Shown here: piece after piece, positions 18,643-25,033 of the stretch
How the letters are laid out: every line of letters starts with the position of its first letter
Numbering within the stretch: the stretch's first letter is position 1
IMG/VR virus record: IMGVR_UViG_3300038520_000173
Span: 1 to 25,034 of that record
Length of the DNA: 25,034 bases
Strand: one strand, 5' to 3'
Source of the DNA: a virus
Taxonomy: Duplodnaviria > Caudoviricetes
The notes under the pieces: model-generated
The model's database searches: none
Told to the model about the DNA's origin: nothing
The model's input: only the letters and a program-made list of their open reading frames with translations
Program-made: the position numbers and the translations under genes

Positions 18643-18813
18643 ATGCCTAGAAAAACAACAGAAGAGCTAAAGGAAGAATTAAAAACCTTACAGGAAAGTT
18701 ATAATCAGGCGGTTCAAGTTCAAAAAAACTGTGAAAATAGAGCTATTGCAGTAAAAGCTATATTAGATGACAGGTTAGAAATGGAACAAGAAAAAGAAAC
18801 AGAAAAAAAGTAA
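18643..18813 (+). CDS. 56-aa helical/coiled-coil protein, not in the ORF track
   Basis: MPRKTTEELKEELKTLQESYNQAVQVQKNCENRAIAVKAILDDRLEMEQEKETEKK*; ATG 3 nt after the previous stop; ends on GAA AAA AAG TAA. Confidence 0.75.
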   Translation: MPRKTTEELKEELKTLQESYNQAVQVQKNCENRAIAVKAILDDRLEMEQEKETEKK

Positions 18814-18941
18814 CAGTAACAGGCATATTAATTAGAGATTGCCCTGTCTGCGGTAAAACCTTTAAAACAATGGAGCAAAGACGTAAATATTGTTCTGGAG
18901 CGTGTAGAGTAAAATTTTGCAGAACTAAAGCTATTAATTAA
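18804..18941 (+). CDS. -1 frame Zn-finger extension (CPVC...YCSGAC), probable frameshift product
   Basis: KKVTVTGILIRDCPVCGKTFKTMEQRRKYCSGACRVKFCRTKAIN*; no ATG/GTG/TTG between the upstream in-frame stop (18768-70) and the first CxxC. Confidence 0.6.
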   Translation, partial: KKVTVTGILIRDCPVCGKTFKTMEQRRKYCSGACRVKFCRTKAIN

Positions 18942-19047
18942 ATTTAGTTGTGGTTTGTCTTGTTATAAAGCCTAATATTAAGTAAGGGGGAGTGATGGCT
19001 ATAATAGATAATAATATAAAAATTTTTAAATATATGCTAAATCGCAT
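18934..19047 (-). CDS. Possible 37-aa single-TM membrane peptide
   Basis: MRFSIYLKIFILLSIIAITPPYLILGFITRQTTTKFN*; fills an otherwise empty gap. Confidence 0.35.
   Translation of the reverse strand: MRFSIYLKIFILLSIIAITPPYLILGFITRQTTTKFN
19000..19005 (+). promoter_or_regulatory. Putative -10 element TATAAT
   Basis: GCTATAAT, 28 nt before ATG 19034. Confidence 0.45.
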
Positions 19048-19258
19048 CTGTCAAATTTTGAGCATTGTTTCATTTATAATGGTAGCTTCCATGAGTGCGA
19101 CAGGGTATATAGGTTATAAGTATGTAACTTCAGAGCAGTTTAAATCTAAAGTAATGAATGAGATTCTTGGTAATGTTCAAGGAATGATGCCGAAGGTATT
19201 AGATCAAGGTTTACCAAAAGTTACCGGCCCCTCAATAAAAATTCCTAATGAATTTTAA
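19034..19258 (+). CDS. Small N-anchored membrane protein
   Basis: MLNRICQILSIVSFIMVASMSATGYIGY TM segment, then a helical region and a Pro-rich tail. ATG 19034 is preferred over 18992. Confidence 0.7.
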   Translation: MLNRICQILSIVSFIMVASMSATGYIGYKYVTSEQFKSKVMNEILGNVQGMMPKVLDQGLPKVTGPSIKIPNEF

Positions 19259-19430
19259 ACGAACAACTAACAGAATAAGAACAAGATTTATTGCTTACTT
19301 AGCTTTATTTCTATCATCTGTCACTTTTAGTTCTGGATTATTAGTTTTTTTGTATATGAAAAGTCCAGCGTTTGAATATCAGTTAGTAGGACAAGTAACA
19401 AAACATATTAATTGTATTATTGTTGATTAG
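19248..19430 (+). CDS. Small N-anchored membrane protein, possibly truncated
   Basis: Basic N-terminus plus TM segment FIAYLALFLSSVTFSSGLLVFLY; overlaps the upstream stop; resembles the preceding ORF. Confidence 0.55.
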   Translation: MNFKRTTNRIRTRFIAYLALFLSSVTFSSGLLVFLYMKSPAFEYQLVGQVTKHINCIIVD

Positions 19431-19463
19431 TTTAAAAAGTATAGAATGGTAAACAAAAAGTAA

Positions 19464-19637
19464 ATGGAAACAATAATGAAATGTTATTGGTGTGATACTG
19501 AACTAATTTGGGGTGGCGATATTGATATAGATGATTCTATGCCAACCTATCCTGAATTTTCAGTAATGACTAATTTATCTTGTCCTAAATGCTTTGCGGA
19601 AGTAGAAGTGCTGAAAAAACGAGATGCCTACGATTAA
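19464..19637 (+). CDS. Small Zn-ribbon protein, not in the ORF track
   Basis: METIMKCYWCDTELIWGGD...TNLSCPKCFAEVEVLKKRDAYD* with two CxxC pairs; alternative start at 19476; TAGAAT at 19442-47. Confidence 0.75.
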   Translation: METIMKCYWCDTELIWGGDIDIDDSMPTYPEFSVMTNLSCPKCFAEVEVLKKRDAYD

Positions 19638-20235
19638 AGTACCTGAGATAAAAATACCAAAGATAGATATACCAGAAACACCCCTTGTACCAGAACACGT
19701 TTTAACAGGTAATATTCCAGGCTGTAATTTATATCACAGAGATTTAGAAATAACAAAAAATCCTAGTATTTTATACAACGACAGAAAAGCGTATATAACT
19801 TGTCCAGAAGGAGAGATGCCTTCGTTTAATCCAATAGAATACGATCCAAGTAAACTTATAAAAACAGTAGCTCCTACGCAATCTCCGCAGCAACCAGAAT
19901 ATAGACCTGTTATTCCAAAGAAAAAAGAAGAGAAAGAAACAATAGAAATACCACCCTGCCCTGGTAAAAAAGATTTAAGAGTAGGAAGTTTTGTTAATGA
20001 AAAGCGTTTGGAGCGTGTAAAAGGTTATAAAAGGGGAGAAGATGGGATTGAATGTATCACTCTTTATGAAGACGTACCCTTCAAAGATCAGTACATACCG
20101 AATCCTCCACAGCTTGTTAGCACTGCTGTTATTGCTAGCGTTGCTGCCACTACTCCACTACTGCTTAATCTTGTCAAACCTTTGGTAAAAAATCTTATAA
20201 AGAGGCTTACAAAGAAGAAAAAAGATGTAGAATAG
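19624..20235 (+). CDS. Cyanophage-type hypothetical protein: Pro-rich, 4 Cys, C-terminal membrane anchor
   Basis: IPGC, ITCPEG, PPCPG and ECITLYE; hydrophobic STAVIASVAATTPLLL followed by a Lys-rich tail. Confidence 0.8.
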   Translation: MPTIKVPEIKIPKIDIPETPLVPEHVLTGNIPGCNLYHRDLEITKNPSILYNDRKAYITCPEGEMPSFNPIEYDPSKLIKTVAPTQSPQQPEYRPVIPKKKEEKETIEIPPCPGKKDLRVGSFVNEKRLERVKGYKRGEDGIECITLYEDVPFKDQYIPNPPQLVSTAVIASVAATTPLLLNLVKPLVKNLIKRLTKKKKDVE

Positions 20236-20239
20236 TACA

Positions 20240-20320
20240 TAAGCATCTGTCACAGGCATAGTGACCTGTTGAAAATTAGAGCGTGTATCTATTAATTTAG
20301 ATGTCGGCAGTTGCTTTTTT
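20240..20320 (+). ncRNA. Candidate structured small RNA (three-way junction)
   Basis: TAGAAT at 20228-33; closing stem 20241-51/20306-16; inner hairpins 20252-69 and 20273-98; 3' T-run. Confidence 0.4.
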
Positions 20321-20352
20321 AGACAAGTGGATACCCGTAGCTTGTCTATTTT
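20320..20352 (+). terminator. Hairpin TAGACAAG-N13-CTTGTCTA plus T-tract; possible terminator at the convergence point
   Basis: Perfect 8-bp inverted repeat (20320-27/20341-48) followed by TTTT on +; includes the stop codon of the minus-strand gene. Confidence 0.45.
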
Positions 20353-21119
20353 AATTTGTGAGTATGTGGGATAACTTGATTTGGAACGGTGGTCAGCACA
20401 ACATTTCTACAGCTAACAGCATCTTCTCCTACATACTTAACACCAAGTTTTAGTTGTTCGGCACATATTTTAAGACGATTGAGATTGACTTCTAATTTCT
20501 TGGCATCAAGCATGAACTCCTGATATTTCCTATATGTTTGTGCAGCCTGTAAACATTCCTTATTAAAACCTCCACCTCCAAGTGGGATTTGGAAACTAGC
20601 AGTGATTCCATAATTTAGGTTATATACTGTTTGATCTAATCGTTCCTGTTCTGCAACATATAAAATGTTCCCAGGATTAAGCAACTGGCCTGTATCACTG
20701 TCTTTTGCAGTGTCATAAATATTGGTTCGAGAGATTGTACTTCTTGGAAGGGAAAAATTTTCTCCTTTAGTGACAAAGGGAGTGATAGCCAAAGTAGGAA
20801 GTTGACATTGTATTCCATTTGAAAATCTATGAGTAGGAAAGTTTCCATTTATTGTTTGATAGCCATTATTGATAACCGTTCCAGATGATGAAGCGGAAGG
20901 AGAACTTATAGTATTACTAGCATAAACAGGACTTGTAAAAAGTAAACTTATTGGGAAAAGATACTTAAGGATGTGCTTTGAGTTTCTATAGTTTGAGTTC
21001 GATTTATCACCGATACTGCATCTAACCCTGGAGCTAAGAAATTTTCTACCAAACTGAAATCTGAACCTTCTGTCACTATTGTCCACTGAGGCTTGCTTGT
21101 TAATTCTGGTGTTACCCAT
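20346..21119 (-). CDS. Exported cyanophage-type hypothetical protein with 4 Cys; true start uncertain (signal-like segment begins near 20972)
   Basis: Signal-like KYLFPISLLFTSPVYA; GIQCQLPTLAITPF; amphipathic NYGITASFQIPLG; helical C-terminus RLKICAE. Confidence 0.75.
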   Translation of the reverse strand: MGNTRINKQASVDNSDRRFRFQFGRKFLSSRVRCSIGDKSNSNYRNSKHILKYLFPISLLFTSPVYASNTISSPSASSSGTVINNGYQTINGNFPTHRFSNGIQCQLPTLAITPFVTKGENFSLPRSTISRTNIYDTAKDSDTGQLLNPGNILYVAEQERLDQTVYNLNYGITASFQIPLGGGGFNKECLQAAQTYRKYQEFMLDAKKLEVNLNRLKICAEQLKLGVKYVGEDAVSCRNVVLTTVPNQVIPHTHKLK

Positions 21120-21376
21120 TGAAAATTAACTGCTCCATTGCCTGTATTCTGACTTGTTGTATATGTCGCATCAGGTGAGATATATGAGTCTGTTTTAATA
21201 TTATGGCCTTGTACTGTATAACTGAAACCTGTTCTATAGTTTTCAGTAACAATCGTTTCTTGGATCGTAGATACGCTACGACTAGAGGATTCCATCTGAC
21301 CTGTTGTAAACCTTGGTGTGATACTTCCTGCATACGCACTAGGCACTGTAAGAAACAGGAATAGAAACCATCTCAT
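20948..21376 (-). CDS. Exported Ser/Thr-rich beta protein
   Basis: Signal peptide MRWFLFLFLTVPSAYA; ITPRFTTGQM; C-terminus INRTQTIETQSTSLSIFSQ. Confidence 0.8.
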   Translation of the reverse strand: MRWFLFLFLTVPSAYAGSITPRFTTGQMESSSRSVSTIQETIVTENYRTGFSYTVQGHNIKTDSYISPDATYTTSQNTGNGAVNFQWVTPELTSKPQWTIVTEGSDFSLVENFLAPGLDAVSVINRTQTIETQSTSLSIFSQ

Positions 21377-21900
21377 TAATCAAGGCCAAGAGTGATAGTG
21401 GACTGAAGAGTTGCAGTTGTACCAGCACCCATGTCAGCTAGGTTTACTGTCAATGCTTGCCCACTATCCAATGTAATAGCAACAGAACCAGGATCTCCAC
21501 CAGATATAACTGTGTTTTTACCAAGTAAAGGTAGCGATGGAACTACTCCGTTTGTTACTGTGGCAGATAATAAACTTGGAATAGCATCGGCTTCTATGTA
21601 AGTTTCTGACGCCGAAAACGCATCTCCTGTGTTTACAACATTAAAGCTAGTGTCATAGTCAACAGTAGGAACACCGCTAGTGATACCAGCATCAGCTAAA
21701 TCAAGAGAACCTATCTGACCGGCTACTGTATTAGCTTTTGGCGTTACGTTCGTACCAGCTACGCTTATAGATGATCCAATACGCTCGCTCGTGGCACTTG
21801 CACCTAATGTAGATACACTTGCTACTGATTGAATACTATGTGTTATATCTGCATAAGCTGGTGCGGATACAAGAAAAATAAAAGGTAGTAGTCGTTTCAT
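21376..21900 (-). CDS. Exported Ser/Thr-rich beta protein
   Basis: Signal peptide MKRLLPFIFLVSAPAYA; DITHSIQS...ERIGSSISVAG; C-terminus TTATLQSTITLGLD; coupled to both neighbours. Confidence 0.8.
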   Translation of the reverse strand: MKRLLPFIFLVSAPAYADITHSIQSVASVSTLGASATSERIGSSISVAGTNVTPKANTVAGQIGSLDLADAGITSGVPTVDYDTSFNVVNTGDAFSASETYIEADAIPSLLSATVTNGVVPSLPLLGKNTVISGGDPGSVAITLDSGQALTVNLADMGAGTTATLQSTITLGLD

Positions 21901-22157
21901 TTAATGCCTACGTTGTTTTTACTATTATCTACTATTTTAGGAGCATTATTGTTCTTTTTCTTACCAACCTGTAAACCAAAACTGGCTAAACTCCCCGAAA
22001 AAATCGATGCGATGAAAGTTGGATCAAAGTCTACAATCTTCTTTCCATCAGGAGGTTCATAATAAGAAGCTGTTAACATTCCAGCAGACCAAACAAGAAC
22101 TGCAATTTTAACAATCGTTTCGACACGATTACCTTCCTTTTCTTCTTGTTCTTCCAT
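21897..22157 (-). CDS. Small membrane protein with two hydrophobic segments (holin-like topology)
   Basis: Acidic N-terminus, IVKIAVLVWSAGMLTASY, DPTFIASIFSGSLASFGL and a basic C-tail. Confidence 0.7.
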   Translation of the reverse strand: MEEQEEKEGNRVETIVKIAVLVWSAGMLTASYYEPPDGKKIVDFDPTFIASIFSGSLASFGLQVGKKKNNNAPKIVDNSKNNVGIK

Positions 22158-22222
22158 AGAAGTGCAAACTCTTGTCTAATACTAGCAAAAGAGCTATGTT
22201 TGGGAAGTAACACATAAAAACG

Positions 22223-22399
22223 ATGGTAAAAATTCTAAAACCTATTCTTCTAGTCTTTATCAAATCCAAAGCAATGAAGAGATTGATAGTGGATCTGTTA
22301 AAGGCTATAGCTAAACAAACAGATAACACAATAGACGATCAAGCAGTTGCTTTTATTGAGTCCAGGATGTTCCCAGGCTCTACTACAAATCTCCAATAA
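22223..22399 (+). CDS. 58-aa amphipathic helical protein, not in the ORF track
   Basis: MVKILKPILLVFIKSKAMKRLIVDLLKAIAKQTDNTIDDQAVAFIESRMFPGSTTNLQ*; the TDNTIDD motif is familiar from small phage proteins; divergent from the minus operon. Confidence 0.75.
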   Translation: MVKILKPILLVFIKSKAMKRLIVDLLKAIAKQTDNTIDDQAVAFIESRMFPGSTTNLQ

Positions 22400-22400
22400 A

Positions 22401-22733
22401 ATGAAAGATGACGGCTTTTTAAAAATGATCCATACGGAATTACCCCCCGAAGCTGAATTAGTCATAGAGCTTAGATGTAGAGAAGTACAGAATTGCGAAG
22501 ATATAGATAAACTAAAAGCTTTTTGTATAGATATGATGAAAAATCATGCAAGAGCCGAAGCAGTTTTATCTAAAGCAATGATGAAAGTAATAGAGCTAGA
22601 GGCGACATTAGCTGTAATGAAAGCCCCCACAAAAAAGACTACAGGAATACATAAACTTAGATGGTGGATGGAACAGCTACATATGCACTGGAAGTACAAA
22701 AAAATAACGAAACGTCATTCACGAGATGCGTAG
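22401..22733 (+). CDS. Hypothetical helical protein
   Basis: Likely start ATG 22401, 1 nt after the previous stop; PPEAELVIELRCRE and a coiled-coil segment. Confidence 0.7.
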   Translation: MKDDGFLKMIHTELPPEAELVIELRCREVQNCEDIDKLKAFCIDMMKNHARAEAVLSKAMMKVIELEATLAVMKAPTKKTTGIHKLRWWMEQLHMHWKYKKITKRHSRDA

Positions 22734-22912
22734 CGAGCCTGTATATCAGGCACTATCATTTCTGGGTACTGGATCGTAAACCACTTGTGTCCACACTCAT
22801 AACAGAGCCGTCTACGAATTGTTATAAATTTTGAGTTTCGTTCAGACTTAATGACCTTCTGGTCGCTGTACATTTTACAGCCTGGGCACTCGACCCATGT
22901 TATTCTTTTCAT
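22715..22912 (-). CDS. NrdR-like N-terminal Zn-ribbon protein
   Basis: CPGC...KVIKS...IRRRLCYECGHKWFT matches the NrdR Zn-ribbon pattern; no ATP cone. Confidence 0.75.
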   Translation of the reverse strand: MKRITWVECPGCKMYSDQKVIKSERNSKFITIRRRLCYECGHKWFTIQYPEMIVPDIQARYASRE

Positions 22913-22926
22913 TTTTTAAAATTGTT

Positions 22927-23172
22927 TTAGTTTTTCTGCTTTCTTCCGTCAATCCGTCTTTGCACAGATTCTCTCCACATCAACTCGTCTTTGGCTTCAG
23001 CGATTTTATATTCAGAACTAGAAAATTCACGTTGTAATGCTTCATAAGCTACCTTTCTTACCCACGCAGTACCTCGCATACCTTCTTTGTCAGCAGCTTT
23101 TTCTATAAGTTCTGCTCTATTTGGGTCGATTAATACCTGATAATAACTTTTGTTTCCGTGTTTTAGAGCCAT
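22927..23172 (-). CDS. Small putative DNA-binding protein (ribbon-helix-helix-like)
   Basis: Beta strand YYQVLID, then helix AELIEKAADKEG and helix TAWVRKVAYEAL. Confidence 0.6.
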   Translation of the reverse strand: MALKHGNKSYYQVLIDPNRAELIEKAADKEGMRGTAWVRKVAYEALQREFSSSEYKIAEAKDELMWRESVQRRIDGRKQKN

Positions 23173-23196
23173 TTACAAGGTTGTTCTTGTACTACT

Positions 23197-23406
23197 TTAC
23201 CACCAAAACGGCAAATCGGCTTTATCAAGTTGCTTTTCCACATACTTTTTTCTGGCTTCTCTCCTTTTCTGAGTCTTACCAGTGCGAACTTCTCTAGCTC
23301 TTTTAAGAAAGTCAATTATACTACCCAAATCCTTGGTAGTTGCTTTCGGTATTTCTTTGTACAGATCTCTCATCAGATCTACTCGGATATTCTTCTGCAT
23401 AGGCAA
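23197..23406 (-). CDS. Hypothetical basic protein
   Basis: Lies within the minus-strand gene run; start may be 23400 or 23373. Confidence 0.55.
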   Translation of the reverse strand: MPMQKNIRVDLMRDLYKEIPKATTKDLGSIIDFLKRAREVRTGKTQKRREARKKYVEKQLDKADLPFWW

Positions 23407-23506
23407 CAGGCATTACCTCCGTTAGCGTTTTGTAGTATTTTACTCCAAGCTGTTTATTGTGCTTGGATAAATACCAACCGTGTTCATTTTTGCAAATACC
23501 AATCAT
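23321..23506 (-). CDS. Hypothetical protein
   Basis: ATGA-coupled to the upstream gene; its 3' end overlaps the next ORF. Confidence 0.5.
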   Translation of the reverse strand: MIGICKNEHGWYLSKHNKQLGVKYYKTLTEVMPVAYAEEYPSRSDERSVQRNTESNYQGFG

Positions 23507-23799
23507 TTGTTCATTCTCCTTCGTTTGTTAGTTTTAGTCGAAACGCTTTTAGATGGTTTTTTGGTTTTTGGAGTTTTAGTGCTTTGTGGTTTCATGGATG
23601 TCAGATGCCATCCGTTTCCTTTTGGGCAAGCATAGACATAAGCGTGGTTTTTACCTTGTTTTCTCATGTCTGCTGCTTCTTTTTTAGCTTCTTGTTGGGT
23701 GCGGTAACTAATCTTATTGCATTTGTAACAATGCCCTAAGACTGATAATCCTCTTTTTTCTATAAAATCCCCCAACTTGTGTAAAGGGAGTCTGTTCAT
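23503..23799 (-). CDS. Putative Zn-binding phage protein
   Basis: CYKCNKISYRTQQEAKKEA...YACPKGNGWHLTS followed by a basic tail. Confidence 0.7.
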   Translation of the reverse strand: MNRLPLHKLGDFIEKRGLSVLGHCYKCNKISYRTQQEAKKEAADMRKQGKNHAYVYACPKGNGWHLTSMKPQSTKTPKTKKPSKSVSTKTNKRRRMNK

Positions 23800-23882
23800 T
23801 TATGTTTTGACCAATGCTTGATAAGAATTTCTAATTCCTGGATACGCTTTAGTGCTGCGTTTATGCGATCTTGCCTAGTCAA
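23796..23882 (-). CDS. 28-aa helical peptide, not in the ORF track
   Basis: TTG start overlaps the polymerase stop and the TGA overlaps the next ATG; MTRQDRINAALKRIQELEILIKHWSKHK*. Confidence 0.55.
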   Translation of the reverse strand: MTRQDRINAALKRIQELEILIKHWSKHK

Positions 23883-25033
23883 TGAACCTCGCTCCACTTA
23901 TCGCCTATGGATACTTCAGCTAATGCTGGTACGTCACCGAGCCAAATAGCCTCCGCTTTTTCCATTGTAGTTTTAAGAATCTCAGCCCACTCATCTGCTA
24001 AATCTTCTTTAACTAAAAGAATTAATTCATCGTGAACGGCTGCTGCGATCTTTACCTTGTCCTCCCCTTGTTGTTTAACTTGAAGCCATAAATCCTTTAA
24101 GGCATACTTCAATATTGCAGCACCAGCACCTTGTATTGGTGTGTTACATCTTACAGTTACTCGATTAAGTTTACCCTTAAGAAATCTCCTCATATTAGTT
24201 TGAGGTATTCTTACTTCGGCCCACTCATCGTCTTCGGTATCTCTTGCTATGTCTAGATTATTTTTCTGCCATTCTCTGATACCACTGTAAGTATTTAACC
24301 AACTATCGCGTATCCTGACTGCATCTTCATAAGACATAATCACACCACTGCTTCCAGCATACTTTCGTAAACCTTCTGCCCCTGCACCATACAACAAACC
24401 AAAGTTTGCTGATTTAGCTATCTGTCTTTCGCAACCCATTTGATTAGCTGTGTATTCATGTAAGTCCTCTCCACTTTGGAACGCTTTTATCATGTTACGG
24501 TCATTCGCAAGGGCAGCAGCCAATCTTAATTCCATCTGTGAAAAATCAGCGTCAACTATTTTCCAACCTTTAGGTGCTTGAACACACTGTCTAAACTCTG
24601 AATCTCTAGGTATCTGTTGGTTATTAGGTTTAATACTGGACATTCTTCCTGTATCTGCACCTAACTGCATATATGAAGCCTTAACAAAACCATCTTCAGA
24701 TAACTTATCCTGTATGCTTTCTGCCATTTGTCTACGCTTTTCTCTTCTCTTCCAAGTCATAAGCGTCTGGACCGTATGCGAATCAGCAGCACATAACCTT
24801 AGTGCTTCTTTAGATACACTAGGCTTACCTTCGCTATCCATCGGAGGTTTAGGCAAGATTAAAGTAAGTTTTTCTAATAGCTGTTTAGAGCTTTTTATAT
24901 TAAACCCTGCGTATTTTTTAGTACCTAGTCTTACCGAACCTTCGTCTTTCGCACGAAGATTAAATGAGCCATCTTCATTTCTAGGTAGCTTTTCTCCAGA
25001 TGGTAAGTCATTGTCAAGCTCTCTAAGAAATTC
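23879..25033 (-). CDS. polA: DNA polymerase family A, C-terminal polymerase domain (5' part outside the window)
   Basis: TGRMSS..PNNQQIP, motif A DADFSQMELR, motif B RQIAKSANFGLLYG, NTPIQG and motif C VHDE. The frame stays open from 24856 to the window end. Confidence 0.95.
   Translation of the reverse strand, partial: EFLRELDNDLPSGEKLPRNEDGSFNLRAKDEGSVRLGTKKYAGFNIKSSKQLLEKLTLILPKPPMDSEGKPSVSKEALRLCAADSHTVQTLMTWKRREKRRQMAESIQDKLSEDGFVKASYMQLGADTGRMSSIKPNNQQIPRDSEFRQCVQAPKGWKIVDADFSQMELRLAAALANDRNMIKAFQSGEDLHEYTANQMGCERQIAKSANFGLLYGAGAEGLRKYAGSSGVIMSYEDAVRIRDSWLNTYSGIREWQKNNLDIARDTEDDEWAEVRIPQTNMRRFLKGKLNRVTVRCNTPIQGAGAAILKYALKDLWLQVKQQGEDKVKIAAAVHDELILLVKEDLADEWAEILKTTMEKAEAIWLGDVPALAEVSIGDKWSEVH

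Noticed and set aside
19428-19430. TAG stop-codon reassignment
   Set aside because: TAG ends other well-bounded genes (9860-62, 20233-35), and the long genes are intact under the standard code.
20244-20305. Hammerhead ribozyme (CTGTTGA between two hairpins)
   Set aside because: The core is CUGUUGA rather than CUGANGA, and no GAAA follows the second stem.
20240-20320. tRNA gene
   Set aside because: No TTC-containing T-loop, no four-arm cloverleaf and no CCA end.
20636-21339. Alternative-frame minus ORFs 20636-20848 and 21112-21339
   Set aside because: Nested within the exported-protein genes and without recognisable features.
22171-22178. Extra CTTGTCTA copy matching the 20341 hairpin arm at the other end of the minus operon
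   Set aside because: A single 8-mer match is expected by chance in 25 kb, and there is no transposase or flanking duplication.
22129-22329. 66-aa minus-strand ORF
   Set aside because: It is antisense to the better-supported 22223-22399 ORF and runs across the divergent intergenic gap.
23230-23739. 169-aa plus-strand ORF
   Set aside because: Phe/Ser-rich antisense shadow of Lys-rich, coupled minus-strand genes.
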